64,000 nucleotides of DNA from Vulcanimicrobiota bacterium (GCA_963714015.1 OY970223.1:2272001-2336000), one strand, 5' to 3'; positions 1-10,832 are shown, counted from the first letter of the stretch. The notes: generated by a model not told the origin, from the sequence alone. Numbers and translations: made by a program.

Positions 1-1
1 T

Positions 2-1698
2 AGCGCTCCGCAAGCTCCGGCACGATCGTACGATGCGCCCCAACCGCAGCAAAACCCGGTCTATCGGGCGAACACTGCGCCTCCGCGCCCGCAGCGCTCG
101 TACGAAAGCGCGCAGCCGCAGGTGCATAAGATTGCTCCGGCGCGGCCCGCGCGGTTAGAGAGCCCTCTGCAAACAGAAGTCCATACATACACGACGCCGC
201 GTGCAGCGGTTCGCACCTACACGGCCCCGCGCGCAGCGGTTCGCACCTACACGGCCCCGCGCGCAGCGGTTCGCACCTACACGGCCCCGCGCGCAGCGGT
301 TCGCACGTACGCGTCCCCGCGCGCAGCGGTTCGCACGTACGCGGCGCCGCGTGCAGCGGTTCGCACCTACACGACGCCGCGAGCAGCGGTTCGCACCTAC
401 ACGACGCCGCGTGCAGCGGTTCGCACCTACACGACGCCGCGTGCAGCGGTTCGCACCTACACGGCCCCGCGTGCAGCGGTTCGCACGTACACGGCCCCGC
501 GAGCTTCATTTATACAGCGCGTTCGGGTGAACACGCCGCAGCGGGTTGTGGTGAAGCCTCGCGTGCAAGCTCGTACGACGCCGTTCGTGCAATACGTTCG
601 CGTGAATGCGCCGCGGGTGCGCACGGTCCGGGAGTTGCCTTCAGTGTCGTATCGGCCGGCCGTACTTACGGGACGCGTGGTTCGCGTCGTGCGTAACAAC
701 TATGTCGTGCTGGCTCCTCCGGCCGGACGTGAGGTGTTCGTCCGCTGCATGTGCGGAACGCAGGTTCGTGCGAACCAGTACGTGACGATTCCGGCAAACT
801 ACAGCAACGGAAGTTACTATGCATCGGCACCGATGCAGTACTATCCGCAGGTGGCGCAGTGGTACCAAAACAACGGCGGCTACTATTCCGGGTATTCTAC
901 CAGCTATCCGTCTCAGCTATTACGGCGGCGGTTCGCCGTACTACAACAACGCAGGATACTCATATTACGGAAACACGTCTCCCTATTATAACGGCTATCC
1001 GTACGGTAACAGTGCGTATTACGGCAATGCCCCGAATTACGGCAGCACTCCATATTACGGGACCGCGCCGTACTACGGCACCACTCCGTACAGTCCCAGC
1101 GGATATCCGTACTACGACGCGTCGACTGCATATCCGTACTACACTCCGGGCTACTACGGATCCGGCCCTTCGCTCGTCGAAGAGCTCGCCATCGGATTGC
1201 TCCCGGAGCTGATTCCTAATCTTCCTCCGCAGTACGCAGGTCTTCTCGGAGCGCTGACGGGATCGTACGGCGGTTCTGTACAGGGCGGTTCCGTACACGG
1301 GCGGATTGCCGTACACGGGCGGATTGCCGTACACGGGCGGAACCCCGTACTACGGCGGCAACACCGGTTACTATAACAACGGTTACAGCAACACGTCGCC
1401 GTATCCGAGCAACGGCTACAATGCAAGCCCGTATTACGGAAATCAATACTCCGCCGCCCCGTATGCCGGATACAACGCCGGCGGCTTGCAGCTGGCTCAG
1501 CAGCAGGTGCAGGGAGTCGTGCTCGCGCGCGACGGCAATGTGCTGATGGTGCAGAGCGGCCTGACGCCCGTGCTGGTCGATGCAAGTCCGGCTTTCCAAA
1601 ACGGCAACGCGCTCAGCGGGCCGATCGCGGCCGGCCAAGTCGTCCAGGCAATGGGTTACTACAACGGCAGCACGTTCATGGCAACAGCGCTCGAATAA
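2..1698 (+). CDS. Low-complexity repeat protein (5' end outside window; decapeptide repeats, then Tyr/Gly/Asn/Pro-rich region); two apparent +1 frameshifts near ~910 and ~1290
   Basis: Frame open from base 2; ORFs 122-991, 819-1376 and 1306-1698 continue the same Y/G/N/P-rich composition in successive +1 frames. Confidence 0.6.
185..505 (+). repeat. 30-bp coding tandem repeat, ~10.7 units encoding TY(T/A)(T/A/S)PRAAVR
   Basis: Unit like acctacacggccccgcgcgcagcggttcgc repeated head-to-tail with no spacers. Confidence 0.95.
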
Positions 1699-1848
1699 GC
1701 CGCCGAGACATCCATCGCACCGCAAGGGGCCCTGCGTCGGGCAGCGCAGAGCCCCTTGTCACATTCCGGGAACCTGATTCGATCCCAAAGATGGCGCGAC
1801 CGTGCCCGGCAAAAGTGCTACAATGGTCGTTAAAGCGGAGGTCTTCGC

Positions 1849-2383
1849 GATGCGCTTTCTCCCATCAATCCTGCTTATTGCGCTCTGTTTCTCGAGCAGC
1901 GGCGTCGCGCTTGCCATAACGGGCTCCGGATCGAACTGCCCCTCGCTTTCCAACCAGCGCAACAAGCAATTGCCGGCGGTTCAACCTATGAACCAGCCCA
2001 CGTATTTGTGTAACAATGCGCAATATGCGACGGACCCGCCCAAACTGGGCGATCTTTCTTCGCAAGGACAGATGCTCAACGCGCAGGTCTGCAACACCAA
2101 CTGCAATTACCGCGCGCTCTTTCCCGACGACCCGGATAGCCCGCTCATTCCGACTCAGTGCGGTCGCGGGCAGAACGTGGATCCTCCGTATGCCATAAAC
2201 GGTAACGCGGCGAGCCAGTCGGCCAACACCGGGCCGCCCGCGCCCTATATGGGCACCGGCGGAAACTGTATGCCGCTGATGATCCCGCAGGCCCCAATCA
2301 ACCTTGAGGACCAAAAGCCGCCTACCGTTAAGCAGAGTAAGCCGAGCGCTTCGCCCGCTCCGAGCCCGCCCCCGGGCTCGTAG
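1849..2383 (+). CDS. Hypothetical secreted Cys/Pro-rich protein
   Basis: GGAGG RBS before ATG 1849; signal-peptide-like N-terminus MRFLPSILLIALCFSSSGVALA. Confidence 0.6.
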
Positions 2384-2407
2384 CTCCGCGGGTTACGGGC
2401 TCGGTGC

Positions 2408-2436
2408 TTGACGCCCAGCCCCGTCCCTGGTAGTAT
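2408..2436 (+). promoter_or_regulatory. Sigma70-type promoter of the rplC operon
   Basis: TTGACG (2408-2413), 17 nt, TAGTAT (2431-2436) with extended -10 TG. Confidence 0.75.
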
Positions 2437-2536
2437 GCCGAAGTTGTGGTCCACGCCGGCCGCGCCCTTTTCGCGCGTCCGGCCGAAGAACTTACTAAGT
2501 ACGCGTGGGCCCGTGTACTATTGGACGAGGATAAAC

Positions 2537-3193
2537 ATGAAGAACATCCTTGGCCGCAAGGTTGGGATGACGAGCGTCTTCACCGATGACGGACGGCACG
2601 TGCCGGTCACGGTGATCGAAGCCGGTCCCTGCACGGTGGTCGAGCGCAGAACGAAGGACAAGCACGGCTACGAGGCCGTCGCTTTGGCTTTCGGCGACGT
2701 GAAAAAGTCGCGCGTCTCGCGTGCCCTTGCCGGACATTATAAGAAGAACGACGCCGAACCCAAGCGCTGGGTTCGCGAATTTCGCATCGACATCGAGGGC
2801 GTCGAAGCGGGTCAGACCGTCACGGTCTCGCAATTCGAGCCCGGCGATCGCGTGGACGTCGTCGGAATCTCGAAGGGCCACGGGTTCGCCGGCGGCATCA
2901 AACGCCATAATTTTTCGGGGGGCGGCGCAAGCCACGGATCGATGATTCACCGCCAGCCCGCCTCCAACGGTGACACGAACGCGGGGCGCACCGTCAAAGG
3001 CAGCCGGCGTCCCGGTCACTTCGGCGTCGATCGCACGACGCACCAGAACCTCGAGATCGTAAAGGCGGACGCCGAGCGCAATTTGCTGCTCATCCGCGGT
3101 CCGGTTCCGGGCGCCAAAAATTCACTCGTAATGGTTCGAAAGAGCCGTTCCGCGAGCGCGCGTCATGCTCAGAGGACGGTGGCGAATGCCTAA
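2537..3193 (+). CDS. rplC: 50S ribosomal protein L3
   Basis: MKNILGRKVGMT...PVTVIEAGP...SKGHGFAG motifs; GAGG RBS. Confidence 0.97.
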   Translation: MKNILGRKVGMTSVFTDDGRHVPVTVIEAGPCTVVERRTKDKHGYEAVALAFGDVKKSRVSRALAGHYKKNDAEPKRWVREFRIDIEGVEAGQTVTVSQFEPGDRVDVVGISKGHGFAGGIKRHNFSGGGASHGSMIHRQPASNGDTNAGRTVKGSRRPGHFGVDRTTHQNLEIVKADAERNLLLIRGPVPGAKNSLVMVRKSRSASARHAQRTVANA

Positions 3194-3878
3194 CGTGATA
3201 GACGCCACCGGAAAGGTTCTGCGCGAAGAGCAGACACCGGAGATCTTCTCGCAAGAGCATGGGAACAAAACGCACGCGATCTATCGCGCCGTACACCGTG
3301 AACTCGCGAATCCCCGCGCCGGCACCGCTTCTACCAAGAAGCGCGACGAAGTCAGCGGGGGCGGCCGCAAGCCGTGGCGCCAAAAAGGAACCGGACGCGC
3401 CCGCCAAGGGTCGATCCGTTCGCCGCAATGGACGCACGGCGGCGTCGTGTTCGGCCCGCAGCCGCGCACGTACGTGACCGATCTCAACAAAAAGGAGCGG
3501 CGCGCCGCCTTCGTGGCCGCGCTTGCCGATCGTTTCGGCGGCGATGCGGTCACGGTGCTCGAAGCATCGGATTTTGCGATCGAAAAAACCGCCGATTTCG
3601 CCAAGCTTCTGTTCGGCAGCGCGAAAGACGCGAGAAAAGGTCCGTCCACGCTGGTGGTCTTCGGCCGCGACGAGCGCGCGGGCCGGCAGCTGGAGCGCGT
3701 GGGGCGTAATCTTGCCAAAGTCGGCGTCACGCACGCCGGTGCGCTGGACGTGAAAGACGTTTTGCGTTTCAACCGCATCGTCTTCACGGCCGAAGCGTAC
3801 GCGCAAGTCGTCAATTCGCTTACCGGCAAGAAGGCCGCGGCGTCAGAACAGGCTCCGCTTGAAAAGGAGCGCGCTTAA
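3186..3878 (+). CDS. rplD: 50S ribosomal protein L4
   Basis: GGGRKPWRQKGTGRARQGSIRSPQW motif. Confidence 0.97.
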   Translation: MPNVIDATGKVLREEQTPEIFSQEHGNKTHAIYRAVHRELANPRAGTASTKKRDEVSGGGRKPWRQKGTGRARQGSIRSPQWTHGGVVFGPQPRTYVTDLNKKERRAAFVAALADRFGGDAVTVLEASDFAIEKTADFAKLLFGSAKDARKGPSTLVVFGRDERAGRQLERVGRNLAKVGVTHAGALDVKDVLRFNRIVFTAEAYAQVVNSLTGKKAAASEQAPLEKERA

Positions 3879-3879
3879 A

Positions 3880-4188
3880 ATGGACGCACGGGACGTCATC
3901 GTTTCGCCGCGCATCACCGAGAAATCGATGGCCAATGCGCTCGGTCAGCAGTACAGCTTCGTCGTTCACCCGGATGCGACCAAGACGCAGATCCGTCACG
4001 CCGTCGAAGAGATTTTCGGCGTGAACGTAATCAAAGTCAATACGGTCAACGTCGGCGGTAAGACGAAGACGTTTGCGCGCCGCGGTGCGCGAACCGCGGG
4101 CCGCACCAAGGATTACAAGAAAGCCGTCGTCACCGTCAAGCCCGGTCAGAAGATCGAACTGGGCGGCGTCAACTATTTCGAGCAATAA
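3880..4188 (+). CDS. rplW: 50S ribosomal protein L23
   Basis: PRITEKS...ATKTQIRHAVEEIFGV...YKKAVV; synteny. Confidence 0.96.
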   Translation: MDARDVIVSPRITEKSMANALGQQYSFVVHPDATKTQIRHAVEEIFGVNVIKVNTVNVGGKTKTFARRGARTAGRTKDYKKAVVTVKPGQKIELGGVNYFEQ

Positions 4189-4242
4189 CGCCATGCATGA
4201 AGCAGTCCGGACGATTATTGCCGTAGCAACGCGGAGACTATG

Positions 4243-5070
4243 ATGCCAGTCAAAAAATACAAGCCGACCAGTCCCGGCAGACGCTTCGTGACGACGATGG
4301 ATTTCTCGGACCTGAGCAAGGTCGAGCCGGAGAAATCGCTCATCGAAGTGCGCAAGAAGCACTCGGGCCGTAACTTCAACGGGCACATTACCGTACGCCA
4401 CAAAGGCGGCGGGACGCGCAAGATGTACCGCATCATCGACTTCAAACGGACCAAAGACGCCGTTCCGGCCAAGGTGGCAACGATCGAATACGATCCGAAC
4501 CGCTCGGCTCGCATCGCGCTGGTGAACTATCGCGACGGCGAGAAGCGCTACATCCTCGCGCCGCTCGGTCTGAAGGTCGGCGACGTCGTCGAGTCCGGCG
4601 CCGCGGCCGACATCAAGATCGGCAACTGCCTTCCGATCAAAAACATCCCCGTCGGCACGGTCATTCACAACATCGAACTGCGGCCCGGACAAGGCGGCAA
4701 GCTCGTTCGCAGCGCCGGCGGCTCCGCACAGCTCATGGCCAAGGAAGGCGAATACGCCCAGGTACGTATGCCTTCGGGCGAGGTGCGCAAGGTGCTCGTG
4801 GTGTGCCGCGCGACGATCGGTCAGCTCGGCAACGTCGAGCACGAAAACGAAGTGGTAGGGAAAGCAGGTCGTCAGCGTCATCGCGGAAAGCGGCCGTCCG
4901 TTCGAGGCATTGCGATGAACCCGGTCGATCACCCGCACGGCGGCGGTGAAGCGCGTTCCACGTCCGGACGTCCGCCCACGACGCCTTGGGGCCAGATGAC
5001 GATGGGCAAGAAGACGCGCCGCAACAAGCGCACGCAAAACATGATCGTCCGTAAGAGAGGATCGAAATGA
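4243..5070 (+). CDS. rplB: 50S ribosomal protein L2
   Basis: [24 protein letters not shown] motifs (alternative ATG at 4240). Confidence 0.98.
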   Translation: MPVKKYKPTSPGRRFVTTMDFSDLSKVEPEKSLIEVRKKHSGRNFNGHITVRHKGGGTRKMYRIIDFKRTKDAVPAKVATIEYDPNRSARIALVNYRDGEKRYILAPLGLKVGDVVESGAAADIKIGNCLPIKNIPVGTVIHNIELRPGQGGKLVRSAGGSAQLMAKEGEYAQVRMPSGEVRKVLVVCRATIGQLGNVEHENEVVGKAGRQRHRGKRPSVRGIAMNPVDHPHGGGEARSTSGRPPTTPWGQMTMGKKTRRNKRTQNMIVRKRGSK

Positions 5071-5095
5071 TTCGAGTTCTGTTAGCCGTATGCGA

Positions 5096-5141
5096 GCCGC
5101 GCGATTCAGCGCGGCGGGCGCGCAGCTCAGAGTGGAGCGCC
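5096..5141 (+). repeat. Junction repeat element, copy A (3' half)
   Basis: Hairpin GCCGCGC/GCGCGGC followed by GGGCGCGCAGCTCAGAGTGGAGCGCC, matching the 3' end of copies B-G. Confidence 0.75.
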
Positions 5142-5148
5142 TTCTAAA

Positions 5149-5424
5149 ATGGGGCGCAGCCTTAAAAAGGGACCGTTCGTCGCGGATCGCTTGATTCAAA
5201 AAATCGAGGGCCTGAACGAGCGCCGTGAAAAGCGTGTCGTGAAAACGTGGAGTCGCGCCTCCACGATCGTGCCGGCCATGGTCGGCCATACAATCGGCGT
5301 GCACAACGGTAAGGCGCACGTTCCGGTATTCGTCACCGAAAATATGGTCGGGCACAAGCTCGGCGAGTTCGCGCCGACCCGGAACTTCCGCGGCCACGGC
5401 GGCGACAAAGCGGCGGTGAAGTAA
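5149..5424 (+). CDS. rpsS: 30S ribosomal protein S19
   Basis: [11 protein letters not shown]...[13 protein letters not shown]. Confidence 0.98.
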   Translation: MGRSLKKGPFVADRLIQKIEGLNERREKRVVKTWSRASTIVPAMVGHTIGVHNGKAHVPVFVTENMVGHKLGEFAPTRNFRGHGGDKAAVK

Positions 5425-5933
5425 TGGAGGCCGTCGCGCATCTCAAGTTCGCCCGAATGGGTCCGCGCAAACTGCGCCGGGTTGCCGACGCCATTCGCGG
5501 CAAGAGCGTGAAAGAAGCGCTCGTGCTGCTGCAATTTGCCGGCGTCTTCGCGGCCGAGCCGATGGAAAAACTGCTGCGCAGCGCCGTCGCGAACGCTGAA
5601 AACAATCACGACATGAATGCCGACGCACTTTACGTTGCGCGGGTGACGGTGGACGGCGGGCCGGGCGGACGATTTACCAAACGCCTGGATCCGCGTGCAC
5701 AAGGGCGCGCGGCGTTCAAGCGCAAGCGCCTCGCGCACGTGACGATCGCCGTCGCAGAGCAGGCGCCCGTCAAAAAGCGCAAGCTCCTGGGCGGTGCTTC
5801 GGTTGCGCTCAAGCGCGCGACCACTCGCAAAACTAAAGCGGCGTCGGCGGCGCCGGCCGCCGGCGGCTCGCCTTCGAAGAAGGCCAGAACTTCAAAGAAA
5901 CCTTCTCGCCGGAATAAGGCGGAGGCGATTTAA
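5424..5933 (+). CDS. rplV: 50S ribosomal protein L22 with Lys/Ala-rich C-terminal extension
   Basis: [14 protein letters not shown]...[10 protein letters not shown]...PRAQGRA. Confidence 0.96.
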   Translation: MEAVAHLKFARMGPRKLRRVADAIRGKSVKEALVLLQFAGVFAAEPMEKLLRSAVANAENNHDMNADALYVARVTVDGGPGGRFTKRLDPRAQGRAAFKRKRLAHVTIAVAEQAPVKKRKLLGGASVALKRATTRKTKAASAAPAAGGSPSKKARTSKKPSRRNKAEAI

Positions 5934-6829
5934 TGGGACAAAAGATTCATCCGATTGGGTTGCGTCTGGGCATCACGCGCACGTGGGACAGCCGCTGGTT
6001 CGAGAAAAAGCATTATAAGGACTGGCTGCACGAAGACGTCAAGATCCGCAGATACTTCACGCGATGGATGCGTCCGGCGGCCATCTCGAAGATCGAGATC
6101 GAGCGCCGCGCCAATCAAGCGCGCGTGATCGTGAATACGGGCAAGCCCGGCATCATCATCGGCAAGCGCGGCGTCGGCATCGAAGACATTCGCAAGAATC
6201 TCGAGAAGCTGACCGGCAAAGCGGTGCAAGTAAACGTGATGGAGATCAAGCATCCGGAACTGGATGCGCGTCTCGTCGCGCAGAATATCGTCGACCAGCT
6301 CGAAAAGCGCATTGCGTTCCGCCGCGCCATGAAGCAGGCCATCATGCGTACGATGAAGTCGGGCGCGCGCGGGATCAAAGTGCAGGTTTCGGGACGGTTG
6401 GGCGGCGCCGAAATCGCTCGCACCGAGCGCAATGCCGACGGCAAGGTTCCGCTGCACACGCTGCGAGCCGACATCGACTACGCGCACGTCGAAGCTTTCA
6501 CGACCTTCGGACGCATCGGCGTCAAAGTATGGATCTACCGCGGCGAAGTGCTGCCGGATCACGCACGTCAATCCGAGCGCGAAGGACGCCCCGAGCGTCC
6601 GCAATTCCGCGATCGTCGCGATCGCGGCGGACGCAGCCGCCGCGGCGGTCCCGGCACGGGAACTCCGCGTTCGCCGCAGACTGAAGCGCTTTCGCCCGTC
6701 GAAGCGCCCGTCGGCGAAGCGCCGGCCTTTGAGCCGACCGCGCCGCCGGTAGACTCTGCGCCCATTGCCGATGCGGCAGAGGCTCAAACCATCGTACCGC
6801 AATCCGAACCGACCGGAGAACAGGCGTAA
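5933..6829 (+). CDS. rpsC: 30S ribosomal protein S3 with disordered C-terminal tail
   Basis: [13 protein letters not shown]...[10 protein letters not shown]...[11 protein letters not shown]. Confidence 0.98.
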   Translation: MGQKIHPIGLRLGITRTWDSRWFEKKHYKDWLHEDVKIRRYFTRWMRPAAISKIEIERRANQARVIVNTGKPGIIIGKRGVGIEDIRKNLEKLTGKAVQVNVMEIKHPELDARLVAQNIVDQLEKRIAFRRAMKQAIMRTMKSGARGIKVQVSGRLGGAEIARTERNADGKVPLHTLRADIDYAHVEAFTTFGRIGVKVWIYRGEVLPDHARQSEREGRPERPQFRDRRDRGGRSRRGGPGTGTPRSPQTEALSPVEAPVGEAPAFEPTAPPVDSAPIADAAEAQTIVPQSEPTGEQA

Positions 6830-7251
6830 TGCTTACACCAAAACGCGTCAAATGGCGCAAAGTTCACCGTGGACGGATGACCGGCAAAGCCTTGCGCGGC
6901 AGTACCTTGACGTTCGGCGAGTACGGACTTCAAGCGCTCGAGCCGTGCTGGATGACCAACCGCCAGATTGAAGCTGCGCGTATTGCTATGACGCGCCACA
7001 TCAAACGCGGCGGCAAGGTCTGGATCAAGGTGTTTCCGGACAAGTCGGTTACCAAGAAACCCGCTGAGGTGCGCATGGGCGCCGGTAAAGGCAACCCGGA
7101 GTTCTGGGTAGCCGTGGTGCGTCCCGGGCGGGTGCTGTTCGAGCTTTCAGGTGTTGAGCCGGACGTAGCCAAACGCGCGCTTCAACTCGCCGCTTCAAAG
7201 CTGCCGATCGGAACGAAGTTGATTACCCGCGGCGAGGAGGCCCCGGCATGA
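6829..7251 (+). CDS. rplP: 50S ribosomal protein L16
   Basis: [27 protein letters not shown]...RMGAGKG. Confidence 0.98.
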   Translation: MLTPKRVKWRKVHRGRMTGKALRGSTLTFGEYGLQALEPCWMTNRQIEAARIAMTRHIKRGGKVWIKVFPDKSVTKKPAEVRMGAGKGNPEFWVAVVRPGRVLFELSGVEPDVAKRALQLAASKLPIGTKLITRGEEAPA

Positions 7252-7469
7252 TCTCGAGAGAGTTCAAAGAGCTGCGCAACCTCACCATCGGAGAGCTCCA
7301 GCAAAAGGCGAAAGAGACGAAGGAAGAGCTCTTCAATCTTCGCTTTGCGCTGCGCACCGGGCACCTTTCGGACTTCAGCAAAGTCCGGGCGATGCGGCGC
7401 ACCTACGCACAGATTCAAACCGTCATCTCCGAGAAACGGATCGCTGAGGCTAAGAATGGAGCAGCTTAA
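7248..7469 (+). CDS. rpmC: 50S ribosomal protein L29
   Basis: KELRNLT..EL...KEELFNLRF; synteny. Confidence 0.93.
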   Translation: MISREFKELRNLTIGELQQKAKETKEELFNLRFALRTGHLSDFSKVRAMRRTYAQIQTVISEKRIAEAKNGAA

Positions 7470-7728
7470 TACCGTCCGGCGCCGGGCACGGCGCCTTAAA
7501 CAAGGCCGCGTCGTCTCGGACAAGATGGACAAGACCATCGTCGTCCTTTCCGAGACGCGGGTTCCGCATCCGGTTTACGGCAAGATCGTCCGCAAGTCGG
7601 TAAAGTTCAAAGCGCACGACGAGCAAAACGACGCCAAGATCGGCGACACCGTTCGCATCATGGAATCGCGTCCGATGTCCAAAGACAAGCGCTGGCGCCT
7701 GGTCGAGATCGTGGAGCGTGCCAAATGA
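7456..7728 (+). CDS. rpsQ: 30S ribosomal protein S17
   Basis: [14 protein letters not shown]...HPVYGK...AHDE...[11 protein letters not shown]. Confidence 0.97.
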   Translation: MEQLNTVRRRARRLKQGRVVSDKMDKTIVVLSETRVPHPVYGKIVRKSVKFKAHDEQNDAKIGDTVRIMESRPMSKDKRWRLVEIVERAK

Positions 7729-7739
7729 AGACTTTGATT

Positions 7740-7785
7740 GGGGCGCATCGCGTTATGGGGCGCGCGGAGCTCAGAGCGGAGCGCC
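7740..7785 (+). repeat. Junction repeat element, copy B (internally deleted)
   Basis: 5' GGCGC and 3' GCGCGGAGCTCAGAGCGGAGCGCC termini shared with copies C-G. Confidence 0.75.
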
Positions 7786-7792
7786 TTTTCAA

Positions 7793-8170
7793 ATGATTCA
7801 GCAAGAAACGCGTTTAAAGGTGGCTGACAATTCCGGCGCGCGCGAGCTGCTGTGCATTCACGTGAGCGGCGGCAGCCGTCATCCATACGCACACGTGGGC
7901 GATATCATCGTGGGCACGGTCAAGAGCGCTATTCCCGGCGCGGCGGTCAAGAAAGGCCAAGTCGTCAAAGCGGTTATCGTCCGTACGTCCTCGCCGATTC
8001 GCCGGCCGGACGGATCGGTCGTCAAATGCGACGACAACGCCTGCGTGATCATCAAAGGCGAAAAGGACAATTTAGATCCGCGCGGGACGCGCGTCTTCGG
8101 CCCGGTCATGCGCGAATTGCGGGATCGCGGCTTTTTGAAGATCGCCTCGCTCGCGCCCGAGGTACTCTAA
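7793..8170 (+). CDS. rplN: 50S ribosomal protein L14
   Basis: [16 protein letters not shown]...[10 protein letters not shown]...SLAPEVL. Confidence 0.98.
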   Translation: MIQQETRLKVADNSGARELLCIHVSGGSRHPYAHVGDIIVGTVKSAIPGAAVKKGQVVKAVIVRTSSPIRRPDGSVVKCDDNACVIIKGEKDNLDPRGTRVFGPVMRELRDRGFLKIASLAPEVL

Positions 8171-8173
8171 CAG

Positions 8174-8524
8174 ATGGCGAACATCGTCAGAGGCGACACC
8201 GTCATGATCCGGCGCGGCAAGGAAAAAGGCAAGCGCGGCACGGTCAAGGCCGTATTTCCGAAAGACGGAACGGCGACGGTCGAGGGCCTGAACATCGTCA
8301 AACGGCACACCAAGCAGGGCACGCAGTCGCAAAACATGGGCGGCTCTGCGCAGACCGGCGGCATCATCGAGAAGGAGGCTCCGCTTCCACTCTCCGTGCT
8401 GATGTACGTGTGCGAGAAGTGCAAAGCACCTTCTCGGCTTCGTCATCACGAGACGGCCGAAGGTACGCATCGGGTCTGCGCGCGCTGCGGCGAACCCGCT
8501 CGTCTCTCCGCAAAGGGCGCATGA
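8174..8524 (+). CDS. rplX: 50S ribosomal protein L24
   Basis: GDTV...GKEKGKRG...VEGLNIVKRHTK...GGIIEKEAP. Confidence 0.96.
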   Translation: MANIVRGDTVMIRRGKEKGKRGTVKAVFPKDGTATVEGLNIVKRHTKQGTQSQNMGGSAQTGGIIEKEAPLPLSVLMYVCEKCKAPSRLRHHETAEGTHRVCARCGEPARLSAKGA

Positions 8525-8539
8525 TGGCAGTATCATTGT

Positions 8540-8644
8540 GGGCTTCCTCGGGGAGGTTTCAAGTTGCAACAAAGTTCGCGCGCCCTGCGGTAGCGGGGAC
8601 CCCGGCGCTTGCGCTGGGTGGGGCGGAGGTTAGACCGGAGCGCC
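8540..8644 (+). repeat. Junction repeat element, copy C (full length)
   Basis: CCTCGGGGAGG...GCAACAAAG...GCGCCCTGCGG...GGCGGAGGTTAGACCGGAGCGCC directly before rplE ATG. Confidence 0.85.
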
Positions 8645-9196
8645 ATGCTTAGATTGAAAGAAAAATACGATAAGGAAGTCCGCAAGCAGCTTCAGGAACG
8701 CTTCGGATATAAGAACGCTCACCAGATCCCGAAGCTGGAGAAGGTCGTCATCAACATGAGCGTGGGCGAAGCGATCAGCAACGGCAAGGCACTCGACGCG
8801 GCGGTCTCGGAGCTCCAGGCGATTAGCGGGCAAAAGCCGGTAATCACCAAAGCGAAGAAGTCGATAGCCGCCTTTAAGCTGCGCGAAGGCATGAACATCG
8901 GCACGAAAGTCACGCTCCGCGGCGAGCGCATGTACGTGTTCTTGGACAAGCTCTTCAACATCGTGCTGCCGCGCATCCGCGACTTCCGCGGTCTGCCCCG
9001 CAAATCGTTCGACGGACGCGGCAATTACAATCTGGGTCTTCGCGAGCAGATCGTCTTCCCGGAGATCAACTTCGACAAGGTCGACAAGATGCGCGGGATG
9101 GACATCGTCATCGTAACGTCGGCAAAGAACGACGAAGAAGCGACGGAATTTCTCACGGCAATGGGTTTGCCGCTTCAGAAAACGGGAGCCCGCTAA
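8645..9196 (+). CDS. rplE: 50S ribosomal protein L5
   Basis: [11 protein letters not shown]...[21 protein letters not shown]...LPRIRDFRG. Confidence 0.98.
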   Translation: MLRLKEKYDKEVRKQLQERFGYKNAHQIPKLEKVVINMSVGEAISNGKALDAAVSELQAISGQKPVITKAKKSIAAFKLREGMNIGTKVTLRGERMYVFLDKLFNIVLPRIRDFRGLPRKSFDGRGNYNLGLREQIVFPEINFDKVDKMRGMDIVIVTSAKNDEEATEFLTAMGLPLQKTGAR

Positions 9197-9381
9197 TGGC
9201 GAAAACTTCTCTCATCGAAAAATCCAAGCGCACGCCAAAGTTCAAGGTGCGCGCCCACAACCGGTGCCAGCTGTGCGGACGTCCGCGCAGCGTGTACCGC
9301 CGTTTCGGGCTGTGCCGCATCTGCTTCCGGGAGAACGCCCACAAAGGCAACATCCCGGGCGTGACCAAGGCGTCGTGGTGA
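9196..9381 (+). CDS. rpsZ: 30S ribosomal protein S14, Zn-binding type Z
   Basis: 61 aa, RCQLCGRPR...LCRICFRE. Confidence 0.96.
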   Translation: MAKTSLIEKSKRTPKFKVRAHNRCQLCGRPRSVYRRFGLCRICFRENAHKGNIPGVTKASW

Positions 9382-9388
9382 TCCGGTA

Positions 9389-9790
9389 ATGGCTGTAATT
9401 ACCGATCCTATCGCCGATCTGCTGACGCGCATTCGCAATGCCAATACGGCCAGCCATGAGGTCGTTGAAATTCCTGCGTCGCGCATGAAACAAGCTGTGG
9501 CTCAAATCCTCAAGGACGAGGGCTTCATCAAGGACTTCGAGCGCGTCGACGAGGGGCCGCAAGGCAGGATCAAGATCACTCTCAAGTACGGCCCGGACAA
9601 AGAGAAAGTCATCACCGGTCTGCGGCGCATCTCGCGTCCCGGTCTGCGCGTATATACGAGCAAGACCGAGATACCTCGGGTTTTAGGCGGACTGGGCCTG
9701 GTCATCATGTCCACTTCCAAGGGCATCATGTCGGGCAAACGCGCGAAAAAAGAAGGATGCGGAGGCGAAGTTTTGGCGTATGTGTGGTGA
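9389..9790 (+). CDS. rpsH: 30S ribosomal protein S8
   Basis: [13 protein letters not shown]...[10 protein letters not shown]...GGEVLAYVW. Confidence 0.98.
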   Translation: MAVITDPIADLLTRIRNANTASHEVVEIPASRMKQAVAQILKDEGFIKDFERVDEGPQGRIKITLKYGPDKEKVITGLRRISRPGLRVYTSKTEIPRVLGGLGLVIMSTSKGIMSGKRAKKEGCGGEVLAYVW

Positions 9791-9807
9791 TGAACAAAGC
9801 GACAATC

Positions 9808-9911
9808 GGGGCGCCCTCGGGGAGGCTTCAAATTACAACGCATCTTCCGCGCCCTGCGGCGGGGGGCCCCATTGGTTGCAATGGGGGGCGCGGAGCTTAG
9901 AGCGGAGCGCC
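9808..9911 (+). repeat. Junction repeat element, copy D (full length)
   Basis: GGCGCCCTCGGGGAGGCTT...GCGCCCTGCGG...CCCCATTG/CAATGGGG...GCGCGGAGCTTAGAGCGGAGCGCC. Confidence 0.85.
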
Positions 9912-9918
9912 ACTTAAA

Positions 9919-10467
9919 ATGTCTAGAATTGGAAAGCTTCCCGTAACTGTTCCGAACGGCGTCAATGTGAACGTCGAAGGAGACGAAGTCGCGGTCAAGG
10001 GGCCAAAGGGCGAGTTGCGGCAGCGCGTGCTTTCACACGTCACCGTCGCGGTCGAAGACGGCAAGGTCGTCATCACGCGGAACGGTGAGGCGAAGGAACA
10101 TCGCGCGGCGCACGGTCTGACGCGAACGATCGTCAACAACATGGTCGAAGGCGTCAGCAAGGGCTTCCGCAAGAGCCTGGAGATTCAGGGTGTCGGTTAC
10201 CGAGCCTCAAAGTCCGGCGAGAAGATCAATCTGACGCTGGGGTACTCGCATCCGGTGAGCTACGATCCGCCGAAGGGCATCGCGCTTTCCGTCGAGGGCA
10301 CCAACAAGATCCACGTCGAGGGCATCGACAAGCAGCAAGTCGGACAGGTTGCCGCCGAAATTCGCAATCTGCGTCCGCCCGAGCCGTACAAGGGTAAAGG
10401 CGTGCGCTACGAAGGCGAAGTGGTGCGTAAGAAGCTCGGCAAGGCCGGAAAGGCTGGTAAGAAGTAA
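9919..10467 (+). CDS. rplF: 50S ribosomal protein L6
   Basis: MSRIGKLPV...[13 protein letters not shown]. Confidence 0.98.
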   Translation: MSRIGKLPVTVPNGVNVNVEGDEVAVKGPKGELRQRVLSHVTVAVEDGKVVITRNGEAKEHRAAHGLTRTIVNNMVEGVSKGFRKSLEIQGVGYRASKSGEKINLTLGYSHPVSYDPPKGIALSVEGTNKIHVEGIDKQQVGQVAAEIRNLRPPEPYKGKGVRYEGEVVRKKLGKAGKAGKK

Positions 10468-10832
10468 TGCCGCGTATTTCCAAAGATCTGAGCCGCCGCA
10501 AGCGCCACGAGCGTCTGCGCCGCAAAGTCGTGGGAAGCTCGGAGCGCCCTCGCTTGCTGATCCGCCGTACGCTGCATCACATCTACGCGACGGTCGTCGA
10601 CGACGCTAAGGGGCATACCGTCGTGGCCGCCTCGACGCGCGAGAAGGATCTTACGGACGGTTTGGATTCCACGACGAACGTCGCCGCAGCCGAGAAGATC
10701 GGCGCGGCAATCGCCGCTAAGGCAAAGCAGGCCGGCATCACGCAGGTCGTCTTCGATCGCAGCGGTTTGAAATATCACGGCCGCGTCAAAGCACTCGCCG
10801 ACGCAGCTCGCCAAGCAGGCTTGGAGTTTTAA
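10467..10832 (+). CDS. rplR: 50S ribosomal protein L18
   Basis: RPRL...HIYA...[28 protein letters not shown]. Confidence 0.97.
   Translation: MPRISKDLSRRKRHERLRRKVVGSSERPRLLIRRTLHHIYATVVDDAKGHTVVAASTREKDLTDGLDSTTNVAAAEKIGAAIAAKAKQAGITQVVFDRSGLKYHGRVKALADAARQAGLEF

Noticed and set aside
185..505. 30-bp periodic array as a CRISPR
   Set aside because: No unique spacers, unit is a multiple of 3 within an open frame, and no cas genes nearby
9898..9900. Stop-codon readthrough (TAG) fusing the copy D mini-ORF to L6
   Set aside because: In frame as read, but rplF has its own ATG with an upstream GGAG, other copies use different frames, and G homopolymers make the frame unreliable
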